A stretch of 64,000 nt of DNA from Macrostomum hystrix (taxonomy: Eukaryota; Animalia; Platyhelminthes): assembly GCA_950097015.1 (NCBI GenBank), contig CATNEN010000019.1, positions 62,001-126,000 on the forward strand, in the 5' to 3' direction. Below are positions 51,762 to 63,894 of this stretch, piece after piece. Position 1 is the stretch's first letter. Each line of letters starts with the position of its first letter. The notes under the pieces are model-generated. The model was not told where the DNA came from and searched no databases. It saw nothing but the letters and a program-made list of their open reading frames with translations. A program made the position numbers and the translations under genes.

Positions 51762-54700
51762 CGGCTAGCATCCCTGCACCCACGCCCTTCCTGGCGAACT
51801 GCGGATCACCGACAGTACCATGGAACCGCTGGATTGAGGCCTTTGAATTTTACTACGAGGCGGCCCAATTCAAGGGAAGGAAGAGGCGAAACCTCTGAAG
51901 AAGAGCCTTCTGCTCCATCTGCTTGGATTCGAAGGTCAGCGGGTTGCTCGAGCACGCCAAGCAATCAAGGAGAACGACACGTTCGCAGCAACTAAGACGG
52001 GGCTCGAGAAGATCTTCGGCGAGAAGCCCAACATGATGGTGGCCAGATATCGCTTCCGCCAGCGCCAGCAGCTACCCGGCGAGGACGTCAAGACCTTCGT
52101 GGCAGCCCTGAGGGAGCTGACGGAGCTGTGCAACTACGGCGCGATACAGGATGATCTCATCAGAGACCAGCTGGCTGAGAAGACCAGCAACCCCAGAATT
52201 CGAGAGAGGCTGCTGACGGAGAAGGTGGAGGACCTCAACCTGGCGAAAGCGCTCAGCATCGCGGTCTCCATCGAGGAAGCCTCCAAAGAAGCCAAGGCGA
52301 TGGCACCATCAATCTCGAGCACGGCGGCTGCCGTCCAATCGATCAGAAAACAGCAGAGGAGCCAGAAGGTCGCTGCAAAGGGGAGGCACCGCCCAGCACC
52401 AGCTGGCAGGACAGCCAAACCCGGAGGCGAATGCACACGCTGCGGGCGAGGCCACGGACCGACGGCCCCCTGTCCGGCCAAGGGCAAGACATGCGACGCC
52501 TGTGGCAAGAAGAACCACTTCCGAAGTTGCAGTCGCAGCCAGCAGGCTGCTGTCAATGCTGCGGACGAGGTGATCACAGTCTACGCAGTGCCGGGTGGCG
52601 ACAGGGAGGTCCGGGCGACGCTGGAACTCGGACAGGACAGGACCGCTGTCAGCCTGATGGTAGACTGCGGCGCAAAGGTGTCGCTGCTGTCCCGACAGAC
52701 CACCGACCGGATCTCAGGTGCAGTCACCTCTCGCACTACGACGAAGCTGCGTGCCTAAGGCGGACTACCGATCGAGCTGAGCGGGGTCACCGAGCTGGAG
52801 GTGCGCTATGGTGATAAGGCGATGCAGCACCGGTTCTTCGTTGCGCCAGGCGGCGACAAAATCATCAGCAGAGATTTGATGGAGAAGCTGGGCTTCCGAG
52901 TCGACCTGAGCGGGCAGCTGCCCGGAATCGCGGAGGTGAGCAACCTGACGGCGGACTTGCAGGCGCGGTACCCAGTGACCTTCAGCGGCAAGTCCTGATG
53001 GCGGACTTGCAGGCGCGGTACCCAGCGACCTTCAGCGGCGCGATAGGATGCTGCGCCGGCGCTGTACACCAGCCCAAGGTCGACCCGGCGGTGCGACCCG
53101 TCCAGCAGCTACTCTGCCGCCTGCCCCTCATGCGACAGGAGCAGGTCGGTGCCGAACTCGACAAGATAGAGAAGGACGGCATCATCGAGCGAGTCAACGC
53201 TAGCGAGTGGGTCTCCAATCTAGTGGTGACGGCGAAGAAGGATGGCAGCATTCGAATCTGCGTCGACGTTCGCGAGCCGAACAAGGCACTGATCGTCGAC
53301 AAGCACCCGATGCCACAGCTGGACGAGATCGCCTCGAAGATCAAGAAAGGCAGCGGCCGAGTGTTCAGCAAGATTGATCTGAAGTCTGGCTACATGCAGA
53401 TGCAGCTGCACTAATCGAGCCGCAATCTGACAGCCTTCATCACGCACAAGGGTCTCTTCCGCTATCGCCGAGTCCCATTCGGCCTGGCATCAGCACCAGC
53501 TGCCTTCCAGCGCATGTTCGACGATCAAGCCGCCGACCTCGACGTATAGTGGAGCACATCCTGGACGACTTCATCGTGTATGGGCGCAGCGAGGAGGAGC
53601 ACGATCGACGACTGGAGAAGTTGCTCCAGCGCCTCGAGGACAAGGGCATGACTGTGAACACGCAGAAGTGCGCCTTCAAGCAGAGAGAGGTCGAATTCTT
53701 CGGATTCGTGTTCTCGGAGGCCGGCATCCGGCCAACGGAGTCAGCCACAGCGGCCATTAGGGACATCCGGCAGCCCGGAGATCAGAAGTCATTCTGAAGT
53801 CATTCCTAGGCGCCGCCAACTTCCTGATGCGCTTCGTGCCGCACTACGCCGCCGTCACAGAGCCGCTTCGAAGGCTCCTTAAGGCCGACGCCAACTTCGA
53901 CTGGACGCCGTAGTGCCAACGGGCGTTCGAGGCAGTGAAGGACGCCATCAGCAAGGCACCGACGCTCGCCCACTTCGACACGAAGGCCGACACTATCGTC
54001 ACCACGGACGCCAGCGCCAAGGCCATCGGAGCCCAGCTGTCGCAGATACAGGACGGCGTCGAGCGACCTGTCGCCTTCGCCACCCGAGCGCTGACGACGA
54101 CGGAACAGCGCTGCGCTGCGAACGAGCGCGAGGCACTGGCGAGCCTCTAGGCGATGGAGAAGTGGCATTTCTACCTCTACGGTCGCCACTTCGAGCTGCG
54201 CACAGATCATCAGGCGCTACAACAGCTGCTTCTGGGACCGGCCACTACGGATCCACAGGTGGTGCGAGCAGCTGCTTCAGTACGACTTCCACGTGCGCTA
54301 CCTGCCAGGAAACAGCAACTACGTTGCCGATCTGCTGTCCAGGTGGAGCAGCGGACACTCTGCCCGACACTCCAGGCCCGAGAGTCAAGGTGGTCACCCT
54401 GGAAGCACTTACCTCAGGGACCGCAGCTGACGAGACACTGAGGACAGCCATCAAGAGCGTCATCAGCGGCCGGTGGCCAGCTGACATCGATGACGCCGAG
54501 CTGCGGGCTCTCTGGAAGGTGCGCGAACAGCTCAGCGTCTGGAACAACGGCGACTGCCTCGCCTTCCAGGAGAGAGCGGTCATCCCGGAGTCTCTCCGCG
54601 GCCAACTTCTCGAGCAGGCTCACGAAGGGCACCAGGGCATCGTGCGCATCAAGCAGGCGCTCCGCGACTCAGTCTGGTGGCCCGCCATGGACAAGGCTGT

Positions 54701-55669
54701 CGAGACCTTCGCGCCACACTGCGCAGCGTGCGAGACAGCCGAGATGAACTTCAAGGTCAATCCGGCTCCGCTCAAGACCATACACTGGCCAGATTCGCCA
54801 TGGGCAGAGATCGCCGTGGACATAGTCGGAGAGCTGCAGGCGGCGCCAGTCTCCTGCCGGTACCTTATCGTCGTGACTGACTTGCACAGTAAGTGGCCGG
54901 AGGTCATCCCGACGGCCAGCATCACCACGGAGACCATCTGCCGAGCGATGCGCAGCCTGTTCGCAAGGTGTGGCTGTGCGAGAAGGTGCTGACGGACAAC
55001 GGGCCGCAGTTCGGCAGCGAGTTCTCGGACTTCCTGGCCGAGCAGGGCATCCGGCACGTCAAGACCAGCCTCTACCATCCGCAGACCAACGGCCAGACAG
55101 AGCGTCTCAATCGGTCGCTGCTCGCCAGCATCAGAGCGGCCATGGCGGAGAACAGGCCGTTTCAAGACGCCGTGACCGACTTCCTATCTGCCTACCGGAG
55201 CTCCAAGCACAGCCTGACAGGAAAGTCACCGGCCGAGCTCATGCTGGGTCGGACGTGGCGCACCGCGATCACCATGCTGTCTCCCGGAGAGGGGAAGACA
55301 ATGACCGAGGCGACGCCTCAGGCACTGCGGCAGCAGATCGAGGCGCAGCAGCTGCGGATCAAGGCCTACACCAACGCCAGGCGAAGGGGCCGCCCCGAAA
55401 TGTTCCACCCCGGCGAGTGGGTGAGAATCCGACGGCCCACCAAGAAGGGCAAGCTGGGCACCCGCCTCTCACAACCACTCCAAGTGATCTGTCAGGTGGG
55501 ACACCACGCGTTCGAGCTCAGCGACGGCACCAGATGGAACCAGCAGCGGCTGATCCGAACGCCGCACCCGGCGCAGCCGAGAGAGCGGTTCGACCCACTG
55601 GTGGACTCGGCGCCAACGACCGGAGCCGGCACGGCGGCACCGGTGGCACCGGCGGCACCGGCGGCGTAG
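51758..55669 (+). pseudogene. gag-pol polyprotein, disrupted by several stops and frameshifts
   Basis: Gag P.PFL...G.P..PW..W..AFE and double Zn knuckle CTRC..H...C..CDAC...NH; PR VDCGA; RT RICVD, KIDLKSGY, PFGL, ILDD; RH TDAS, EREAL, RTDH; IN H..H..C..C, VDIVG, TDNG, QTERLNR. Frameshift near 51870, TAA at 52756, 50-bp duplication at 52944-53043, TAA at 53412. Confidence 0.93.
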
Positions 55670-57339
55670 CCCCCCGCAGGAACAGCAGCGCCCCGCCGAT
55701 CTGAGCGAGCCAGGCACCAGCCGATGCGCTACATGAACTGCCGCTGGGACTGATTGATTAAAGGGAAGCTTGAGGACTGTTGGACTCTTTCATGGAGGGG
55801 AAGATTTTGTGTATTGCAAATGCATGCAACGCGCAGGGATAGTTCGGAGACAGGGTTTCTAGAAACTTCCTCAGCAGGACTTGTTTACGCATATTTCCAG
55901 AAGTTTCCTCTCCCCGTCTTTCTAGAACCTTATTTCCCCGCGTGCATAAATATACGACCCACCCTCCTATTGGCCAAGCTTTCCGCGCCACGCCACACAA
56001 GACTGTCTCTTCGTCTCGGTGTCAACTGAGAACCCGGATAATTATTTATTGTGTTTCTGTGTTAGTTCAACAACAGAACAATTTTACTTTATATAATAAA
56101 GCACCTTTTCCCCTAATAGGGGGCATGGGATTAAGAAGAGAGACCTTGTTTCCTAATATCCAAATATTTGTTTATCAATACAGTTCAGAAATGCAGTTTA
56201 TTGCATTATCAATATCTTCTGTTAGGAAAAATACCTAGAAGCAAATCTATAGACAATATAATGCACACAATTAGACTGGCGGTAGCTAGGTCAATGAATA
56301 CTATTATTCACAGCCTGTTTCTGTTATTGATAAAGTTCATATAATTTAACGAGTCACCCTAATTAAAAAACTAAGCTATGCAGCTTTGCTGTAAACTCAG
56401 AACAGTGCTGTAGTAGCAAATTATTAGTATACAAGCTAAAAAGCCAGTCCGTCTGTTAAAACACTATTAGGTCCCTAAGCAAAACGAAGATATATAGAGT
56501 AGAGCCACGTACGGAATGAAAAAGAAACGAATTCTGACAAAAAAATCATAGCTCCTAAAGTCACGGAATTTATATGTCGTGTATTCAAAATAATCAGAAA
56601 AATATTTGTTTGTATAATTCGTATAGATTTATAACTAAAATTATATACAGAAAAAAAGTAAATTAAAACTGCGCAATTTTTTTTCTAATAAAGCGAAGCC
56701 CAGTAATCCATTACTAGATGGGAATAAAGCGGAGCATAAGGCGCGCCATAGTGCCGCCCAGTTGTGTCACGCTCTACTACCGTCTAGAGTCTAGACGGTC
56801 GACTATAAGGTGTTACATTATACAGACGAAACGACAATATCGAATATCGAACAGGTGTTAGACGAATTGGCGGCAGACGAAACAACCGTCAACCTGCATA
56901 ACTTTAATTATTAGTATAGGCCTACGTTTTAGAACTATTTAATTTAGATGCCCTGCTAAATGCTAGGGCCTAATGCTAAATTACTTAACGTCTTAAGTAA
57001 AGTGCCACGACTATCTGACTATTAAAGCAATTACTGTAGGCTTCTTGTAAAAAATAACTTATACTTATAAGAAAAACTCTTCAATTTATGAGAAAGGTAT
57101 TTTGATTCCAGAATATTGCTTAAAATATCAATTTCGTTCCTTTATCTCAAAAAGATAATATTCTACTTTTTAGAAGGTAATTTGTAGGCCTAACTTCTTT
57201 GTAAAGTCTTTATCCCTATGATGCCACCCTAGTTGTCCTAGGGTTAATTAATATTCTTTATTTTAGGTATTTTAATATTATATCTAAGTAATTTCAAGTT
57301 CTCTAAGAATTAGTCTCTGAGAATATATTATATATTTCA

Positions 57340-58380
57340 AAGAATTTCTTGGCAGCATATTTCTTGCTTGTTTGCAATTGACTAGGCCCTATCTCCCAAA
57401 TGGCTCAACTGATTTTCACAATTCATTTCGCCAAAAGATCACAAATGGTCCCAAATTGGTACACATATTTTTATTAATCTTAATTACATTGCCAAGGGGA
57501 TTAAATATTCGAAAAACTATTTTAAATAGGCTTTTCTAATGCATTCTTGTTTTCAGCTTGTGCACAGTGAGGCTTCAGTGCCAATTTTTATGATTGCATC
57601 AGAGCCAGTTTTGATAACGCACTGATAAGAACTCAAGGGAGGCTACCCAGAGGGTAGCAAAAGCCAGCTAGTATTCTATATACTAAAAATGAAATGGTTG
57701 TTTGGTTGGTTGCTTAGTTGGTTGCTTGCTTGGTTGGTTGTAATTGATTTTCTCCTGAACAGCTCAACCAATTTTCACCATTTTTCACCAAAAGATGCCA
57801 AATATGGGGACAAATATACACATATTTTTATTAAGCTTAATTTAATTGCCAAGAGGATTAAATATTCAAAAAACTGTTTTAGATTGGATTTTTAATGCAT
57901 TACATCAGAGCCAGTTTTGTCAACGTGCATACCACTGCCAATTTTAATGATTGCATCAGGGCCAGTTTTGTTAAAAGTGTTTCACTGTGTCAACCCCACT
58001 GGCGAGACAGTGCGAATTTATTTATAAATAGATTGCATCACAGCTTTTCTCACCCGTGTCAGAATTTCACTCACTGCCGCTGAATTGGAATCGCATTGTC
58101 AACTTGCGCAACACCCCCTAGCTGACTGAGTTAGAAGCCTGCATGATCTGGACAGAACCTAAGAGTACTCTATTTGTACAAAGCCAAAACTTTGAGAATT
58201 CATTTTATAAGGCTAATTTTTGCATCTACAATCCAACAGTCAGAGTGGCCGATGTGTAGGCACTAGGAATAGGTTAGGCTAGGCTAGGCAAAGTGTCCTT
58301 GGTTCGACTCTGCACTGCGTCAAATCTTATATACTAAAAATGAAATGGTTGGTTGGTTGCTTGTAATTTCAATTAAACTA
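57340..58380 (+). mobile_element. Tandem non-autonomous Helitron-like units
   Basis: Hairpin GCTACCC-aga-GGGTAGC (57642-57658), then CTAG|T (57668-57672), then a new TCTATATACTAAAAATGAAATGG start with (GGTT)n at 57675. A second A|TCTTATATACTAAAA start lies at 58325. The body ~57400-57540 is duplicated and diverged at ~57760-57900. Confidence 0.55.
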
Positions 58381-58476
58381 ATTTTCAGTCAGTAGTGATG
58401 GATGTGAAGTGATAATTTTTTTTTTTTTGAAAATAAAGGGACAACATTTAATTCACTTTTGCATAGCAAAACCAGT

Positions 58477-58682
58477 GAATCATGGCTAAACCAGAGCTTC
58501 AATCATGGCTAAACAAGAGTTTGAATCATGGCTAACCAAGCGTTTGAATCAAAGCCAACCAGAGTTTGAATCATGGCTAAACCAGAGTTTGAATCATGGC
58601 TAAGCAAGACCTTGAATCATGGCTAAACCAGAGTTTGAATCATGGCTAAACCAGAGTTTGAATCATGGCTAAACCAAAGTTT
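58477..58682. repeat. 23-bp minisatellite GAATCATGGCTAAACCAGAGTTT, ~9 copies
   Basis: Read directly from the sequence. Confidence 0.95.
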
Positions 58683-58764
58683 ATATTTGTATGAAAATTA
58701 TTTTGTCTAATATTCAATTAATGTTGTTCTTCTCAATTGTCTACAAAAGCAGCTAATATGAAAA

Positions 58765-59158
58765 TTCAACTGGGGAACATTCTCAACTGGGGAGTCATCA
58801 TCAAATAGGGGATCATGGTAAACTGGGGGATAATTGTCAACTGGGGGATCATTGTCAACTGGAGGATCATTTTCAACTGGGGGTTCATTGTCAACTGGGG
58901 GTTCATTGTCAACTGGGGATCATTGTCAACTGGGGGATCATTGTCAACTGGGGGTTCATTGTCAACTGGGGGTTCATTGTCAACTGGGTGATCATTGTCA
59001 ACTGGGGGATCATTGTCAACTGGGGGATCATTGTCAACTGGGTGATCATCATCAATGGGGAATCATCATCAACTGCGGGATCATTGTCAACTGGGTGATC
59101 ATCATCAATTGGGGGATCATTGTCAACTGGGGAATCAATGTCGACTGGGGGATCATTA
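58765..59158. repeat. 18-bp minisatellite CATTGTCAACTGGGGGAT, ~22 copies, degenerate at both edges
   Basis: Read directly; it accounts for ORFs 58834..59178 and 58909..59271. Confidence 0.95.
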
Positions 59159-59378
59159 TAGCTTTTAAAAAGCTGTAAATTCAGCTGCTGAAAAGTATAT
59201 ACTTGATGAATAAAAATATTTCTGCTACCCAAAGGGGGGCAAAACTTGCTAGTAGTTAGTCTAAGTATCATATTTAGTTATTCTAGGTGGTGTATTTAGT
59301 TAGTCCAGGTAGTGTATTTAGTTATTCTGGCCCATTACTTTATCAATGTATGTATTTCTGAGTATAGGCTTTTCAAAG

Positions 59379-60300
59379 TGTTGTACCGGTCATCCTGCTA
59401 GCAATGCGGGATCCGGCAAACTCCAATATGAAGTCCAAGATTTCTAGGTAGTGTAGTAGTAGCACTGCCACCAGGGCGTCAGGACTTCTGCCTTCGGTAA
59501 GGTGAAGGATCCTTGGCCCGAAAAAGAACAAGTCACGAAGTCTCGAGAAGCACACAGTGCAGAGTTCAGTTGCAATTACAGGCTGTAAGTGTCCTGCGTA
59601 GCTCGGATGGTGGGGTGGAAGGCTAAGTTAGTTTCGGGACTTAGCCAGAACTGAGCTTAGGAGCAGTCACATGCAGAGACTGAAGTAGGAAACTTAGACA
59701 CTCGATGGCACTGACAATAGAGACTGAAATAAGTCAGAGAAAACGTTAGTGACAGAAAGTGGAAGGGTTGAGGGCCAGAAGAGCGGGGAGCTTTCTTTTA
59801 TAGGCAGGGGCCTCCCATAGGGTCAGTGCAGAGTTAGAAAACACGTGATTGAATCACGTGGTTTCTAAAAATAGCAACTGACATCAGTGGCGCCAGAAAC
59901 GTCACTCCTACGTAGGTTCCTGTCCCATAATCAAAGCCCCAAGTGCAGTAAACATGTTTACTTGCACTTTAAAAGACAAATAGAGAGGCCAGTCGCATGA
60001 GGAGAATCACGCGCTGACTGAGTGCAGACAACCACACACAAAGAAAAGGACAAGGGACAACAAAGCCAGCGTGGGACAAAGAGGTGATGGCTCATCCCTG
60101 GGGGGAAGAGACAGCACACTCAAAGTACAGGCGCGGCCGGGGAAGGGAGGGGCAGAGAGGGACAGACCAGACAACGCCAGAGAGGGCGGGCCGGGCAGCC
60201 ACTCAATGCTAGCAAAAAGGGGGCACCTAAGCTACCTTGCAGTTGGGGCTACTGACAGCTAGTGAGACACCAATAGGCCCCTAAGCAGTGGCTCACTACA
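59379..60300 (-). mobile_element. Solo LTR (922 bp) with 4-bp target-site duplication
   Basis: The minus strand starts TGTAGTG and ends TACAACA. AAAG flanks both sides (59375-59378, 60301-60304). TATAAAAG at 59802-59795; palindrome CACGTGATT-g-AATCACGTG (59842-59860) and CTAAAAATAG (59865) lie upstream of it. Confidence 0.8.
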
Positions 60301-60701
60301 AAAGAATGTTATCAATGATCTCAAGTGTACAGCAATACTTTCTACTTCTCTTCCTCTCTCTTGAATCCTTAGTATTAGTCTCTGTATGCATTATAAAGAA
60401 TGAAGGAACACTTCTAAGTATTGTATACAAAGTTAATATAAAGCCAAAAATTATTTTCTTTTGCTAAAGTCAGCTGTATTTATACTTATGTTGGAATAAA
60501 AATGGCGGACACATTTGAACAAAGTTTTTTATAGTATATTGAATATTTATTCACTTAAACAACACACATTATAACAAAATTTCAATTATACCATATGCTT
60601 TATATGAAATGCAAATTTGGAAACAGTCTATTATAGTAATCCAAGTTTAATTGCTAATGCCTAATAAATAACTTCATTGTTGGACCAGCTGTCGTGCAGT
60701 T

Positions 60702-63700
60702 TGTAATGAAGTGGACTCTTGTTTTAGGAGATAGCTCAGCCAAAGAACTCAAACTTATAGCCAACCCAAATAGGCATCCACCATGATGAAGAGGGAGGTG
60801 GCTCCTTGCATGTGCATGTGGTCAATATGCACGGGCTGCCATGCCGTTGTCTCTACTGTCCAGGAGTGCCTCGTGTGGGTTGGTGGCATGCAGATCTCCA
60901 CACACTTCATGCAATATTTGACATATCGCTTGACATCATCGCAGTGGCCCTGCCACCAGGCCTCTTGCTTGTGCCAGTTGCACGTCGCCAGTGCTCTGCA
61001 GTGGGTGTCGCTGTGTGCCACTTGCAGCAACTGAGGTCGCAGCACGGCTGGTGGCACCACCAGATCACTGAGGCAGACAACACACTATTCTCGACGGACA
61101 GCTGCTGGCGCACGCTCTTGGAGGGATCCTCGGCCACGTGCAGTTGCTCTAGACATTGTCGCGGATCTGGCGTTTGATGCCTGGCAGCACTGAGTCAGTC
61201 GCCGTTGCCTGCTGGACGTCCTCAAGTTTCAGCACGTCAGTCTCTGTCCAGTGGATGACACTCTTGACTGCCTCCAGTTGCGCTAGCTCATCCTCGAAAT
61301 CGAGCCTTGACATTGCGTCGATATGTGAGATTCTTTTTCTGCGGCCGTACGCGATATCGTAGTTGAATGCTACCAGTTGAATCACACACCGTGTGATTCT
61401 CGCCGACGAAGACGTGACCTTCGGGATCTCCTTGGCTGGACTGAAGATGAACTCCAGCGGCTGATGGTCACAATTCAGGGTGAACTTGGCCCTAGCAGAA
61501 AGTGCCGCGCTCGCTGAGTCGCCCACACGATAGCGAGGGCCTCTCGCTCGAAGTTGGAGTAGTTCTGCTCCGCCGCTGTGAGCCATTGAGACAGGTAGAT
61601 CACCGGATGCTCATCTTAAGTCAAAATAGCCGAGATCGCTTTCTCGCTGGCGTCTGTTGTCTGTGTGGTACGCTTCTTGGCGTCAAAGATGCGAACTGCT
61701 GGATACACTGCCACAGCCTTCTTGAGGTCGTCGAATACCTTCTGCTGATTCTGGCCCCACTTGAATGGTGTCTGCTTGCTTCTCAGAGCTGTGAGTGGCT
61801 CGACTCGTTCAGCATAAGCCTGGATGTACCGCGCATGGTAGTTCGTCAGCCCCAGAAAGGATTCGAGCTCCTTGCGATTCGTCAGTGTGCGGGTCTGCTG
61901 GATTTTTTCCACCAGCTTGGTGTCGGGCCGAACTCCATCAGCGGAGATTTGTAACCAAGGAATGAGATCGCAGTGCTCCTGAAAATGCACTTACGCTTGT
62001 TGATCTGCATTCCGGCCTCCTTGAGCTTGAGTAACAGTTTCTCGACCTCATCCAGCTCGGTCTTGGACCTGGCTCCAACACAGACATCGTCCTGTTAGAC
62101 GACCAGGTTCGACACTAGACCACCAATCGTTGCTTCCTGGCCGCATGAAACTGTGCGCTCGCCGTCTTCACGCTCTATGGCATCCTTGTCCAGCGTAGCA
62201 GTCCGATCGGAGTGTTGATCGTGAGAATTTCCTTTGAGGGCTCATCCAGCTCAAGCTGGTTGTACGCGTCCGCCAGATTGACGGTGCTGAAGTGGGACAT
62301 TCCCGCAAGCTCGCAGAATGCCGTCTCGATGTTGGGCAGCGGGTTGGAGTCAGTGCAGATTTTAGAGTTCACCCCAATCTTGTAGTTGGCGCAGATTCTG
62401 ACATCGCCATTCGGCTTCCTCACGACCACGATCGCAGATGCCCACTGACTGCCTCCTAGTGCGGCAGGCTCCAGAACACCGCTGTTGAGCTTCTAGAGCT
62501 TCGTGATGACCAGTGGCTTCAGGTAGATGGGCACAGGTCGCGCCTCGAAGTAGCTCGGCTGGACTTTATCCCTCAGCAAGATGCGCGCCTTGAAGCCATG
62601 CAGCTTCTCAAGGGGCGTCTCCTGCGCTTGTCCCACATGGTTGAGGCATCCAGATCGAATCGCAGGAGGCCCGTGCCGAGAAGACTGGTTCTTGCTGCAG
62701 GCTGCAACCGTGACATCCACGCAGGCCATCTTGTTCTCCAGCTCGAAAACTGCTGTAAAGCTGCCGAGCGTCTTGATTATCGTGCCATGGAACTGTCGGA
62801 GTTGCTGCCTGCACTGCCGCAGCCTGAGTTGCTTCCAGAAGTTCTGCGGGATGATGGTGGCGTCCGATCCCAACTCCAGCTGCATCGCCAGAGTATGACC
62901 GTCGATCAGCACAGTCTTCAGGCTGCTGGTCTTGTGTTGCTGGGTGCTGCTACAACACAGCAGGGTCCACCCTCCGCCGCCTCGGCTGCCTTGATTTCGT
63001 GGGCTGATCAGGGGCAGACTTGCACACCGCCGCAAAGTGGTTCCTCTTGCTGCACTTGTTGCAGGTCTTGCCTCGAGCTGGGCAGCGGCCGGGTTGGTGC
63101 TGCAAACCGCAGGAGCTGCAGGCTGCTTGTCCTTCTCGCCTGTTCTTGTCAATGCTGGCGATGGAAGCTGGCATTGGGGCTGCAGTCTCCCCTGTCTTCT
63201 GACTGTCCCCGCTGCCGTACTGCTGGATCAGCTCGAGTGGCTGGATGAACTCGACGCTGCTGTCGAGGGCCACTGGCTGCGATGAGCCCTGAATATGCTC
63301 CAGAATCCGGCTGCAGTGCTGTACACTGTAGCCCACTACAAGCATTATCTGTATCAGCTCGTCCTTGGCCATTTGGTGGCTGTTCTCCGCATTCAAGCTG
63401 TCGAACTCGCAGAAGCGGGCGGCATCCCGAAGTTTCTGTGCAAAGATCTGTACTGACTCCGACGTCTCTTGGCGCATAGAGATGAATCTCGTACATTCGG
63501 TGATGACTAGCTTCTTCTTCGGGAGAGTCTTCTCCATGATTTATTTTCTAATATCTGCGTAGTTTATCTCCTCCAAATCCTTAGGCTTTGCCATGACACT
63601 GACGACTCGCACTGCATTCACGCCAGCTTTCGCTAGAAAGAGGATGGTGACCTGCCGATTTTCAGCCATGTCAGTGAGATTGTTGCTGCAGCTGAGAGCA

Positions 63701-63894
63701 GCAAAGCTTCGTAGCCAAGCTTCCGTCATTGCGGGGTCATTCAGCGGCAGATCGTCTGCTCGTGACGCCATTGTCGTGCCATTTGTTATGAAGTGGACTC
63801 TTGTTTTAGGAGATAGCTCAGCCGAAAAACTTTAACTTTGCTGATGGCCACTCTGCCCTTTATATACAATTTTAATAATAATAATGATCATACA
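60702..63894 (-). mobile_element. Second Mag-like Gypsy LTR retrotransposon, heavily decayed and truncated in integrase
   Basis: LTR segment TGT(T/A)ATGAAGTGGACTCTTGTTTTAGGAGATAGCTCAGCC at 63784 and 60702; PBS-like TGGCACGAC (63781-63773) precedes the gag ATG. The outer end of the 5' LTR (63894) is tentative and no TSD was found. Confidence 0.88.
60755..63771 (-). pseudogene. gag-pol remnants of the second Gypsy element
   Basis: Gag LVITECTRF and CSSC..H...C..CNKC...NHFAAVC; degenerate PR QLELGS; RT VRICANYK, NLADAYNQ, *QDD; RH TDASEKA, EREAL; IN H..H..C..C and HIDH...VDAY, then a stop at the LTR junction. In-frame TAA at 63543-63541 and several frameshifts. Confidence 0.9.

Larger units (their letters stand above)
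51628..56080 (+). mobile_element. Gypsy LTR retrotransposon, Mag-like, decayed
   Basis: LTR-shared block at 51628-51745 and 55966-56080; PBS at 51747; PPT GGAGGGGAAGA at 55794-55804; 3' LTR at 55808-56080 (TG..CA); domain order gag-PR-RT-RH-IN. Confidence 0.95.

Noticed and set aside
51936-55717. Antisense and alternate-frame ORFs over the Gypsy internal region
   Set aside because: Shadow ORFs of GC-rich gag-pol codon usage, with no independent domain signatures.
58834-59271. Repetitive ORFs (GDHCQL, STGGSL, PQLTMI)
   Set aside because: Artefacts of the 18-bp minisatellite, which is open in several frames.
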